Assembly (NCBI RefSeq): GCF_036971445.1
Contig: NC_091471.1
Location: forward strand, 101,618,001 to 101,682,000
Direction: 5' to 3'
From: Narcine bancroftii
Taxonomy: Eukaryota
DNA length: 64,000 bases
A program made the translations under genes and the position numbers. Positions 23,200 to 35,740 of this stretch are shown one piece after another. A model generated the notes under the pieces. It was not told the DNA's origin. It ran no database searches and saw only the letters and a program-made list of their open reading frames with translations. How positions within the stretch are numbered: position 1 is the first letter of the stretch; each line of letters starts with the position of its first letter.

Positions 23200-23917
23200 T
23201 AGGTTTGGAAGACTACACAAAAGAGTCTGGAAAAACAACCAACTGAAAAACCTCACAAAGATAAGCGTATACAGAGCCGTTGTCATACCCACACTCCTGT
23301 TCGGCTCCGAATCATGGGTCCTCTACCGGCACCACCTACGGCTCCTAGAACGCTTCCACCAGCGTTGTCTCCGCTCCATCCTCAACATCCATTGGAGCGC
23401 TTTCATCCCTAACGTCGAAGTACTCGAGATGGCAGAGGTCGACAGCATCGAGTCCACGCTGCTGAAGATCCAGCTGCGCTGGATGGGTCACGTCTCCAGA
23501 ATGGAGGACCATCGCCTTCCCAAGATCGTGTTATATGGTGAGCTCTCCACTGGCCACCGTGACAGAGGTGCACCAAAGAAAAGGTACAAGGACTGCCTAA
23601 AGAAATCTCTTGGTGTCTGCCACATTGACCACCGCCAGTGGGCTGATAACGCCTCAAACCGTGCATCTTGGCGCCTCACAGTTTGGCGGGCAGCAACCTC
23701 CTTTGAAGAAGACCGCAGAGCCCACCTCACTGACAAAAGGCAAAGGAGGAAAAACCCAACACCCAACCCCAACCAACCAATTTTCCCCTGCAACCGCTGC
23801 AACCGTGTCTGCCTGTCCCGCATCGGACTTGTCAGCCACAAACGAGCCTGCAGCTGACGTGGACTTTTTACCCCCTCCATAAATCTTCGTCCGCGAAGCC
23901 AAGCCAAAGAAAAAAAA
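23200..23917 (+). mobile_element. Young RTE-clade LINE, 5'-truncated
   Basis: Uninterrupted frame 23204-23857 (FGRLHKRVW...QLRWMGHVSRM...RGAPKKRYKD...CNRC..SRIGLVSHKRAC); CpGs intact; A-rich tail; 12-bp TSD ATAATAGATATA (23188-23199, 23918-23929). Confidence 0.92.
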
Positions 23918-24894
23918 ATAATAGATATAATTCACTGAAGATCTGTAGTTCAATCCTATGTCATCCTTTCATAATACTGATAAATTCAGTGAGGACCTAC
24001 AAGAGGGGTAAGCAAACCATGAACCATAATGGAGGAAGGTTGTCCACATGGGTTTCCTCCGAGTGCTCTGGTTTCTTTCTGTGTACCATACATGTGCTGG
24101 TTTGTAGGTTAATTGGTCATTATAAGTTGTCCTGACTGCATAGATGAGAGTGTAATTTATAAAGTAGTTGAGTTAAAATGGCGAAGAGTCAGTCGGCCAA
24201 AGGTCCCTTTTCTGTTCTGCATTTCTCTATAACTCTATAATGAAATATCACATTTTTGAGGCTCCTCCAGACAACCCTGACTCAATGATGGCTTTTATTG
24301 AATTCTGCCGAACAGTCTGACTTCCTCACTAACAGCTTTGCTTGTAACAGGTCTCTTCAGCTTTCTCATGTAAATGAGAAACAATTCAGTTTTAAATTGA
24401 CCTGTTCCAAATTTGTCAATGACTTTTCGTAAGGCAGATATGACAGAACATGTGCTATAGTATAAACACACAATCTTCTGAAGGAACTTAGAGGATCAAG
24501 GAGCCTTAGTGAGAGAAAAAGATGATCATTGTTTCAGATCAGAATCCTTTATTGAGACTGGTCAACATTTCAGGAACTCTTCAAATACTCCAAAATTCCT
24601 TGCCAACAGTAGCTTTCTGTTTGAATGTGAGATATTCTATATTTGGAGGTTTATGTAAGAAAATAATAAATTAATAAACATTACATTAAAGCTGGGTAGT
24701 TTAATTATGAATAAATATGGCTTACTACCCATTAAACATTTACTTTGACCTCATGTAATGAAATACAATATTTTCAAAGCTTTTTAATTTTAATTTAATT
24801 TAAGATACAGCATGGAAGCAAGGCCTTCTGGCCCATGAGCCCACACCTCCCAAATACACCCATGTCACCAATTAACATATAAACTATAATTTAT

Positions 24895-25812
24895 GTGTGC
24901 TTAGCCCTCTGCTCTACTCGTTATACACCCATGACTGCGTGGCCAGGCACAATTTCAATGCTATCTACAAGTTTGCCGATGACACAACAGTTTTCGGCAA
25001 AATCACAAATGGCAATGAGGAAGTGTACAGGAAGGAGATAGATCAGCTCGTTGAATGGTGTAACAACAACAATGTTGCACTCAACGTCAGCAAAACCAAA
25101 GAGATGATTGTGGACTGCAGAAGGAAGTCAGGGGAACACGGCCCAGTCCTCATTGAAGGGTCAGTAGTGGAGAGGGCCAAGAACTTCAAATTCCTGGGTG
25201 TCAACATCCCTGAGGATCTGTGCTGGAGCCTCCAAGTTGATGTAATCACAAAGTAGGCTAACCAGTGGCTATACTTTGTGAGGTGTCTAAGGAGTTTGGT
25301 ATGTTACCAAAGACTCTCAAAAACATCTGCAGGTATACTGTGGAGAGGATTCTGGCTGGTTGCATCACTGCCAGCTATGGAGGCGCCAACTTTCAGGGCA
25401 AGAGTAAACTCCAGAGGGTTGTTACCTCAGTCTGTGACATCACAGGCATCAGACTTCACTTCATCGAGGACATCTACATGAGGCAGTCTTAAAATAGCAG
25501 CCTCTATCCACAAAGACCCCCACCACCCAGGACATGCCCTCTTCACTCTGCTACCATCGGGAAAAGGTACAGGAGCCTAAAGATGAGCACTCAGTGGCAC
25601 AAGGACAGCTTCTTCCCCACTGCCATCAGATTCCTGAATAATCAATGAACCAAAGACACTGCCTTACTTTTCGTGTTCTATTATTATTTTATTTATTTTT
25701 TATAGTAATGTCATAAGATGGTTATAATATGGTGCACTATGATTTTGCCACAAAACATTGAATTTCATGACTTATTCATGACAATGAATCCGGATTCTGA
25801 TTCTGATTCTGA
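24895..25812 (+). mobile_element. Rex1/Babar-like LINE, 5'-truncated, inserted in a minus-strand SINE (24780-24890 + 25813-25960)
   Basis: LSPLLYSLYTHDC...KFADDTTV...LNVSKTKEMIVD...FKFLGV; (GATTCT)n tail; SINE sequence on both flanks. Confidence 0.88.
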
Positions 25813-26064
25813 ACATCGTACATCTTTGTAACATTGGAGGAAACCGGATTATCCAGAGAAAACCCCTGCACACACAAAGAGAATGTACAAACTCCTTACA
25901 GACTGTGCTGGATTTGAACCCGGGTCACTGGCACAGTAATAGCATTGTGAACCATGCGGTCCTTTTTTTTATCATGGGTAAATTGAGAAATACTTGGTGT
26001 GTATACCCTTAATTCTATTGGATGGAAAAGGCTGTAAATGGCTCAGCATATCACTTATTAACAC

Positions 26065-26610
26065 TTTTGAACTTAGCAACACAGAAACGGATCCTTTGGC
26101 CCATCTAGTCCATGCTGAACTATTTTTACACCTAGACTCATTGGTCTGCATCTGGACCATAGGCTGTCATACCCCTCTCATCCATGTACCTATCCAAATT
26201 TCTCTTAATTTGTGAAATAGAATCTGTATCTACTACCTCTGGGGCCATTGGTTCCACACTCTCGCCTCCTTCTGAGTGAAGAAGTTTCCTTTAATGTTCA
26301 TCTAAACATTTCACCCTTCACCCTTAACGAATGTCCTTTAGTTCTTGTCTCACTTAACCTCAATGAAAAACAGCTTGCATTGACCCTATCTATACCCGTC
26401 ATAATTCTGTATCATATCTCTCCTCATTCAATGATGCTCCAGGAAATAATGTCCTTTCTCTTTAACTCAGCTCCTGGCAACATCCTTGTAAATTTCCACT
26501 ACACTCTTTCCATCTTATTGATTGATATCTTTCCTACAGGACACAATGTACACAATGCTCCAAATTAGCCCTCACCAATGTCTTGTAAAAATTCAGCATA
26601 ACATTCCTCT
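26065..26610 (-). mobile_element. CR1 LINE 3' fragment
   Basis: Antisense CR1 tail (GGCCCATCTAGTCCATGCTG) and decayed RT C-terminal sequence. Confidence 0.65.
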
Positions 26611-27639
26611 ATCCTCCAATAAGCTTAAATATTGAAGCTTTAAAGTAACCTGTGAGAAAATTGTAGTTGATTTGTAGTTGACAAACATTAGCTATTTCAC
26701 CATTATGGCCATTGCAAAATCTAGACCATTGATAAAAGGCTCCGTATTGAAATTTTTAATTTTCATGTATAGAAACTCACTGGAAAAGTGGTATAAATCT
26801 GAACATGTACATTGTCATGTGTGCTTAAAATTAAAATGATTAAAATTAAAATCTTTTCATATGCCTAAGGAATTTGTCATATTCACCATGTTTGAATTTC
26901 AGTGTACTATGTTTCATTTATTACTTAATGCATTTACAGTTAGCAGCTGTAAATTGTGCACCGTTGCGGTGTTGATGTGTTTTATGTTTGTGACCTGCAG
27001 AAAGTTCACGTCCAATGGGATAGATTGGCCTTATTACCAGAAAAGCAGTATGATTAATGGTCTATTTAATACTACCATGTAACAGCAACCAACTCTTTGT
27101 TGCTCTTGATACTAAATATGCATATTGGGAAGACAGCTATTTTATTGCCCCTAATATATTAGCAAATGTAAGCAATAATAAATAGTCACATCTCGTAAAG
27201 TAAAATGCTGTGTGTAATCAATTTTTTCCACTTGATTTTGGAGCTGAAATTCACCTTACAATTTATTTTTAATTCCTTCCTCCTACCATCTTTCCTAGTA
27301 CAGATCCCAGGGCTCAGAGACCTGATAGTTTGTAGAGTAGCTGTTATTTGGTGACGATGGATGTCAACAGGTTATTCAACCAGTCCTTTCCTCATTTAAT
27401 TTTGACTTTTGATTATTTCCAACAGAGCTATTTAAGTTTTCCCCTGCCTCACTTCAAGATCATATATAATTATGATAGTTCCACCAACACACTAGCTGAG
27501 ATACTCTGACTCAACATGCATCAGGAAATCAAAATCAAATGGTCCTGATCATTATAGATCAATGCTCATTGGATAAGATTATATGGATCAATTTTAATGG
27601 AATGAAAATGAAAACAGATGGTGCATAGTGTGATTATGC

Positions 27640-28685
27640 TGTGGCGACGGCTACTCTGCTTACTGAATAAATCCACAACCAAAAGGGTTGAGTTCAGTGA
27701 GCAAAACTGATTTATTGAGGTCTGCCTGGCTGTTCTTATTCTCCCAGCCCAGACCTGGCTGAGAACCGCGCTGTGGGTCCGGACGTCGTCAGGCCGTCAC
27801 GTGGGCCGCAGAGCACGGGCTTCTAAGCCTGGTGCTGAGGTTGGGAAGAAACCCCCAACAATGCCATTTTGGCTGGATACCCTGCCGCGTGCATGACATG
27901 CGGGGCCGGTTTGCCTGCCCAATGGCGTGCTGCCACCCCCAGAACCGGCGCCATTGTCCTTCTTTGCCAGGCGACCTCGCTTCTTGAGCTGTGCCGCAAC
28001 CATTGGCTCGTTGGGGTCAAGGCATGCTGGCTTTAATCTGTCCACAGTAAACGGTTCCCTCTTACCACCAATATCCAGTGTGATGGTGGATCCTGAACAC
28101 TGGATGACACTGTACGGCCTTTTGTACAGCCTTTGAAGGGGTGCTGTGGACGGACCTCACCTGACAAAGACATATTCTGCAGAATTCAGCTGGCTGGGAA
28201 CGTAGGAGGCCCGTGTGCCACGTCTGGACGGTGGTGGGGGTGTGAAGGAGTCCAACTGGGCCTGGAGGCAGGGAAGTAAACTGTGCAGTGACTGTTGAGG
28301 GCTGTGAGGTGCATTGATAAACTCATCGGGCAGGGCGGAGGCATCGACGGAGAGCACTGTATGAAGGTCGGTCCGCAGGTGGATGAGCAGGGTAGCCTTC
28401 GCGAGGGCATCTTTCATGGCTTCGAATGCCCTGCTGGCCTCTGGAGTCCAGGTGAGCATCTTGTCCTTGGCCACAATGAGGGCAAAGAGTGGCTGCATGA
28501 TGTGTGCAGCACCTGGAATAAATTGGTTGTAGAAGTTGACCATACTCGCGAACTCTTGTAGCCCCTTGAGGTTGTCTGAGCGCGGGAACTCCCTGATTGC
28601 GGCATCCTTTGTAGCAGCTGGTGTAGCTCCTTCGGCTGTGATGGTATGGCCCAGGAACTGCATGGACTCTTTCCCGAACTGGCAT
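27640..28685 (-). mobile_element. CsRN1-like Gypsy fragment: 3' LTR (~27640-27936), integrase tail and RT/RH piece joined by a deletion
   Basis: FLGHTITAEGATP...LQEFASMVNFYNQFIP...LSVDAS joined directly to LPDEF...YVFVR; GPY-like segment and DRLKPA tail; CpG-rich LTR starting TGTGGCG. Confidence 0.85.
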
Positions 28686-28873
28686 AAAATGTCTCTGTGA
28701 GTAAAGTTTGTTTCAAGCTAAGTGAGCAGAAATGTTAAAAATTTCTCTTAAAACATAGCTATTTTTGATATTTGCATTTTGTTGTCCAAATATACTGTTG
28801 TCATAAGGCAGCTTTCAAATTATTTTTCACCTTCAGTGAAGATTTTTTTCATCAACTTTTTCAAAATTTATTT

Positions 28874-29058
28874 GTAAAAGCACAATGCTGGAAAAACTCA
28901 GCAGGTCAGTGTACTTCATATAGCAGAGATGAAAGTTACATAACCAACGTTTTGGGCTTGAGCCCTTCATCAAGTACATGAAGGACACTGACCTGCTGAG
29001 TTCCTCCAACATTGTGTTTTTACTTCAACCACAGTGTCTGCAGACTTTCGTGTTTTCC
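28874..29058. repeat. Penelope-derived foldback with ~46-bp arms and a hammerhead-like core in the loop
   Basis: Arms 28874-28919 and 28978-29023; minus-strand loop CTTGATGAAGGGCTCAAGCCCAAAACGTT. Confidence 0.75.
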
Positions 29059-29478
29059 TTCAGAGCTTCATTGACCAGATGGCTGTTCTGAGTTCATTCA
29101 ACTCTTCTAGGAAGGCATTAACATTTGACATATAGATGTATTACAGGCTTCCATTAAATATACAGAAATCATGTTAAAATGAATCTAAGTTTTCAAATGG
29201 AGCTTTGTGTTGACTTTAAAGGACATGTGGTTACTCTTTAAATACAACAGATAGGAGTACAGAAATTCTATTGCCGAGGCTCTTGAGGGAGAGAGGATGT
29301 CACAAACAGCTAATGTGGATACCAGCACTGTGCCACTTTATTACACATTATCAGGCAATACACAATGTTTAGTCAATGGTTTTCAATTATTTTTGTACTT
29401 TACTACCAGACAAAATAAACTTTCTTCTGCCCACTGACTACAAATCTAACTACAGTGCAGAAAGATCATCTGAAAATT

Positions 29479-29481
<3 letters not shown>

Positions 29482-29511
<30 letters not shown>
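29482..29511. repeat. (GA)n microsatellite
   Basis: Direct reading; similar tracts at ~18513-18535 (GA) and 35075-35116 (TC). Confidence 0.95.
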
Positions 29512-29513
<2 letters not shown>

Positions 29514-30350
29514 GGAGTGACTTTGTGGCTGATAACAATTCTTGGGGGTAAATGAGATTTACTAACAGAAAATCATACTATGTAGCTACCTCACATTGCA
29601 AATCTGGATCACCAACAATCATTCTTCAGTCAAAATAAACCAACAGAATACATTAGGTTGTGAGTTTTATGACCTAAGTCACGCCATGCTCCATATTTCA
29701 TTTCTCTAGATGAAAGAATTTTTCCCAATTTCCACAATTATTAGTCTTTTTTTTTTGCCCGAGTTCACAATTCCTCAGCTTGGTTACTTTTAAGTAATCA
29801 CTGACAACATACAGAATTAATCTCATATCGTTGGCAAATTTTTTAAGTGTGGTTCCTCCAGCTGAATTTAGACCACTTAAAAGTAATCAAAACCAGTGTA
29901 CATCAGGTACTATAAAAATATTCATAAGCATTCATGGTAATCAGATTGTCTGGGAAAAGAAATATCTGCTCTGTTTCTTGGAATCCTTGCAACTATTGAT
30001 TGGGGTTGACAAGTATTTGTGTTAAATCACCTATCTGATGTTATTGTGAAATACAGACATATTTTTCTAATTACTAACTGCTGTTACAAGGATTTAAATC
30101 TACACAAGTTAACATCGAGATAAAGAGATCTTCAGCTGACTAATTTAGTTAACAAATAACAAAAACTACTCAATATTATTCTTAGTTGCTAGGACACACT
30201 GTAGGTTTGCATAAAAAATAAAGAACAAATTTCTCACCCTCAGTTTTCACCTTTATCACCAGGCTTGGCGCCCTGTTCAATACAAGATCACAAGATCAGA
30301 TCACAAGATAAAGGAACAGAAGTAGGCCATTCAGCCCATCGAGTCTGCTC

Positions 30351-33200
30351 TGTGATATGTTATCAATAACACCAAAAGTCTTGAGTTACTAGACGACAGG
30401 CTTTTATTACCATAAGACTGGACACATGGTCCTGTTGCTGGCCTGATTCCAGGATTTGCACTGAAGGAAGGACTTTAGTGTAATTGCTTTTATTGGGGAA
30501 TTTCAGGGGGAGGAGTTACAGAGAGGAGGCAGGCCAACCATACACAGAGATACAGTACTAATGGGATAACACCATCACAGTCGCCACATTCACCCTCTCT
30601 TTTAAAATAAAGTACAGCGGGGTGGAATGGGTTCAGTGTCCATCACAAATTCAGCTAGTTTGTGGTCTCCTGTGTTTCGGCTGTGGCGCAGTTGCCTGCA
30701 CCTGGACAATTTGGAGCATGTCGGTAGTTGGTATACCTGGTGACTGGGGAGGGGCAGGTGGGGTGGGGGTTGGGGCAGGGTACTGGTGGTCGGCCATGGT
30801 GGTCGGAGCAGCTGGTGCATGGATCGGGGTAGGGTGGCTAGGTATGTAGTGGTTAATAGTAGCGGTAGGTCTTACTGGGTCGGTGGCGATCTCGGGATCT
30901 CCTGCACACACCAGGTCCCGGACAGAGATAGTGTCTTAATGCCCATCCAGGTATCACGTAGGCATACTGGGGGGTTGGCATAGAGATGGGGATCTTCTCG
31001 ACCAGTGGGTCGGTCTTGTGGCTTCGCACATGCCTCCACAGCAAGACTGCTCCTGGGGTCATCAACCAGAATGGTAGTGTTGTCCCCAATGTGGACTTCC
31101 TGGGGAAGGAAAACATTCATTCATGTGGCATGGCATTGGTGGGTGTACACAGGAGGGATCCAATCACGTGGAGCACCTCAGGGAGGACAGGTAGGTCTTT
31201 TGATTTCCAAACAGTGGCATTCTCCCGTTCCACCTCGTCGTTCCCCCGGGGTTTATAGTTGGTGGTTCTACTCGTGGTGATGTCCCGCACCAAAAGGTAC
31301 TGATGCAACTCGTCGCTCATGAAGGAAGACCCCCCGATCGCTGTGGATGTAGCTCAGGAAGCTGAATAGGGTAAAGATATGGCACAGTGCCTTTATGACT
31401 GTGGCCATGGTCATGTCTAGGCAGGGAAAAGTAAAAGGGAAATGGGGATACTCATCAATGACATTGAGGAAGTACAGGTTTCAGTTAGGGGAGGGCAGGG
31501 GCCCCTTGAAATCCATCCTCAGGCGTTCAAAGGGACAGGTAGCCTTGATCAGACGTGACTTGTCGGGCTTGTAGAAGCGTGGCTTCCACTCAGCACAGAC
31601 TCGGAAATTTCTGGTCAGCATCCTGACATCATCAATGAAATAGGAAAGGTTTCTGGCTTTAACAAAGTGAGAAAGCTTGGTGACCCTGGGGTGATAAAGG
31701 TCGTCATGGAGTGCTTGGAATTGGTTGGACTGCGAACTTGCACTCATCCCCCAGGACAGGGCATCTGAAAGCTAGTTGTGCTTCCCAGGCAGGTACAAGA
31801 TGTCATAGTTGTAGATGGAGAGTTCTATTCTCTACCTCAGAATCTTAACATTTTTGATTTATCCCGCTCCACATTGTTAAACATAAAGGCGACTGCCTGT
31901 TGGTCAGTCAGCAGGGTAAATCGTTTGCTGGCCAGGTAGTGCCTCCACTGTCACACTGCCTCAATGATTGTCTGGGCCTCCTTCTCGATAGAGTAGGGCC
32001 GGATGGAGGTGTGGGAGAAAAACACCATGAGTCTGCTTGGTTGGTTAAAGGTGACGTCTAGGGAAAGTCGGAAGCATTGCTCTCCTCCTGGAACAGGGTG
32101 AATTTGTACATGGCATGCATCTTGGCTTGGCAATGTCTCCTCAAATGCGGGTGAAGGCCAGCCGAGCTTCCTCTGACAGGGGGAAGGAGGTGGCTTTCAC
32201 CAGGGGCCGGGCCTTGTCTGTGTATTTGGGGACCCACTGGTTGTAATATGAAAAGAAGCCCAGGCACCTCTTCAGGGTCTTTTGGCTGTGGGGGAGTGGG
32301 AGCTCCATCAGGGGCACGCATGGTCGGGGTCAGGACCAATGACACCATCTTTTACGACACAACTGAGGATGACCAGTCATGATGTGCAGAATACATATTT
32401 GTTTTTAATATAAGTGAGATTGAGTGCCTTGGCTGTTGGGAGGAATTTTTCCAAGTTTGTGTCTTGGTCCTGCAGGTCTTTGGCCGCAGATGGTGACATT
32501 GTCCACATTGCCTTGAGCCCATGCTGGTTCATCATCCAGTCCATTTCTCTCTGAAAAACTTTCACGACCCGCAATCCACAGCTTCGCTCCCGGCCTAAAC
32601 TACACCCAGCTGGCACAGGCCCAGAGGGAGGACACAGAAACACAGAGACACTGTTGGTGACTCCAAAGGGGACCCATAGGAAGTGACAGAAGTGGCCTTC
32701 TGCCTTGAACGCAGTGTACTGGTGGTCCTCCGGGCAGATGGGGAGTTGGTGATAGACTGATTTTAAAACTGGTGGAGAATACCCAGTATTGGGCTATCTG
32801 ATTCATCATGTCGGCAATGCAGGGAAGGGGGTTAAGCATCCAGCTGCGTGAAACTGTTGATGGCTTGACTGTAGTCGATCACCATGTGGAGTTTTCCCTG
32901 TTCTTGACCACCACGACCTGGGGGCAGTGCTCGGTTCAATGATCCCCTCATGATTGCTCCGTCCCCAGTGCTATATCGCCTGCTCTTGGTAGCGACCGGC
33001 TTACAATCAGAGGTGAGATTGGCGAACAGGGGCGGAGGGGTTGGTATCCAGAGGATGGACATCCCACGGATCGGATGTGGTGAGCAGATCGTGGCATGCT
33101 GCCTGGTCATGTGCAGCAGGGAAGGTGGGTGGTTTAAAAACTGGAGGTTACTGGAAGTCCAACCCCAGTATCACAGGCATGCAGAGCTGTGGCATTACTA
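30351..33200 (-). mobile_element. 5'-truncated YLDN-family Gypsy with 3' LTR (30351-30588), adjacent to a CR1 3' tail (30282-30350)
   Basis: PPT AGAGAGGGTGAA (minus) next to the LTR; integrase ATCPFERLRMDFKGPLPS; RT MVIDYSQAINSFTQLDA and DNVTICG; (CACAAGAT)n CR1 tail on the left. Confidence 0.88.
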
Positions 33201-34430
33201 ACAGTTTAATGAAGTATTTCATAATCACAACAAAAGGAAAGTCCTTGTTTAGTGGCCGTAAAGATTCTGCTGGAATAAAATAGTTTTGAGCAACCACCTT
33301 ACATGTTCTACAGATGCTTGAAGATATGAAATTAGGAAATTCTTATACCACTTCTTGAAAGGAGAATTTAGAGATCTGTTTTTACTGATGCACCCATCAC
33401 CACTCACCCCTACTCTTCACACCAAGCAATGGGAGAAGGGTGCACAGGCTACCCGAAATATAAACCTGGCCTGGAACTACACTCCGACCAAATGCTATTT
33501 TAACTCTCAGGTTTTGGGAATCAAGTTAGCTTCCTGTTTCATAATAATGATGATTTTTGTTGAGATTTGATGGTATGCTATATTATACCACATATCATGG
33601 TCCTGTGGCACTGAGCTCCACCATTATGAAATGCTTCGAGCATCTGATGATGGAATGCATCAAAGCACACCTCCCAGAGATGCTGGATACATTTTGATTC
33701 ACCTGTAGAACAAATTGTTCCACAGACAATGCTATAGCCTTGTCACTTCACTATCTCCTGGCCCACCTGGAGAATGATGCCACATACGCCAGGCTGCTGT
33801 TCCTTGAATTCAGCTCGGCATTCAATACGATCATTCCCCAGAGGCTGGTGGAGAAGCTGTCCTCAATGGGACTTAACACCCCTCTCTGTAAATGGAAAAA
33901 CCACAGTCTATCTGCATTGTAGCAGAACGTCAAGCACCATCAGGTTTAGCACTGTAGCACCTCAGGACTAAGTGGTTTGCCCGGTCCTGTTTACGTTTCT
34001 GACCCACGACTGCATCACCAGATCCAGCTCCAACAGATTCATCAAGTTTGCTCATGACATGACAGCAGTTGGCCAAATCAACAACAATCATGAGTCACAC
34101 CACAGGTGGAAAATCTTGTGAAATGTGCAAGAATAACAATCTGAGTCTCATCATCGACAAGACGAAGGAGATGATTGTGGACCAGGAGGACCAGCAATGG
34201 CCATCCTCCACTACACATCAACTACTCTATAGTAATGAGAGTAGAGAGCACCAAGTGCCTTTGAGTTCACTTAACTAATGTCCTATCGTGGACACTCAAC
34301 ATCACCTCACGTGTCAGGATGGCACAATGGCAACTGCACTTCCTGAGAAGACCAAAGTGGGCAAGGGTACTGGCCACTATTATATCAACCTTCTACAGCT
34401 CTACTGAGAGCATTCTGGCCGGCTGCAGAT

Positions 34431-35071
34431 TGTCACGAGCCCAGAGGACACATAAACCTAGCAGCAATACATATTCACCAAGACAAATGGTTACTTAAAC
34501 AAAAGTTGGTTTTAATTATCTTTCAACATGAAAACAGAATCACACTTTAACTTAACTAACCTAACTTAGCCCCCAACTAATTCTAAGTACACATGTATGT
34601 AATGTGTGCGTAAGTTCAGATAGGTTCTTTGGTTCACAGTCCAATCTCACTCCTCATTCCTCCAAGTTCACTGGTTGAAGGCAATTCTTATGCTGTGTGC
34701 AGAATTTAACATTTATAAAGTTCACCAGGCTTTGGTGCTTGAAGTAAATGGTTACCGCTCAGAAAGGTTCTTGTCAGTTTTCAGAGAGAGATTTGTTGTT
34801 CCACGACACCCACAACTGATTCCTTTTTAATCAGCTACTCCAGTGTCTTGCTGATGAAACTTGGCCCGTTCAGGGTTCTCCAGATGATAATCTCTTTCTT
34901 TCAGGTCACCACGGAGTTCCTTTTTGTTTCACTTATTCCAAGTGAAGCATTAGACAGCCAGTCCTCTCCACAAGGGCTTTGACAAGGCTGTCTTCCAAAT
35001 GGGGCTTTCCACAAGCTTGCCAGTTTGTCCTGTTCCAGTCCCAAATGCTTTTGCTGGCTGTAACACTGTAG

Positions 35072-35120
<49 letters not shown>

Positions 35121-35423
35121 TAGAAAACCTGTTTGACTCTCTCTACTTGCAAAACCACATAACACTCTTAGAACAGCAAGTTCTCTTCCAGACAATCTGC
35201 AGCTCCAACACGATCTTTCATCTGTTGCCTTTCGTAAACAACAATCCATTAATGAAGTCTCTTGAGCACTCCCCAAAGCTCTGGTAAAAGCTGTGGACCC
35301 GATACGTCTAGCATTACTAGAGCTCCAGTATTTCAAATAAGATCTATTTTAGTGTTTGTATGTAACCTACTTGAACAAACCTTTCCCAATTTATCTCCCA
35401 AAAACTTCTATATACTATATACA
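34431..35423 (-). mobile_element. Long solo LTR (~1 kb)
   Basis: TGT...ACA; perfect 4-bp TSD AGAT (34427-34430, 35424-35427); homologous to 57707-58673; internal (TC)n. Confidence 0.85.
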
Positions 35424-35740
35424 AGATAAATGAATCGGAGATCATTCTACAGGACCATAAGAATAGCCAAGTAGATCACTGAAGTCTCGCTCTCCCTTAT
35501 CAATGTGATCTACTGGGATATTTGTCTGTAGAAGGTGTTCAGAATCATTAAGGACAGCTTCCATCTTGCAGCTGCTCCTGTCAGGGAACAGATACAGGAG
35601 TATCAGAGCCAGCATCACCAGGTTGAGGAACAGCTTCTTCCCAGGAGCAGTGAGAATGCTGAACGACCAAAGGAACTGCTCACACTGACCATCCGAGACT
35701 CTCATTTGTACAAAACAATATTTATTTATTTATTTTAGAT

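Noticed and set aside
30745-30782. G-quadruplex-like G-runs on the plus strand
   Set aside because: Explained by the Pro-rich tail codons of the minus-strand Gypsy integrase.
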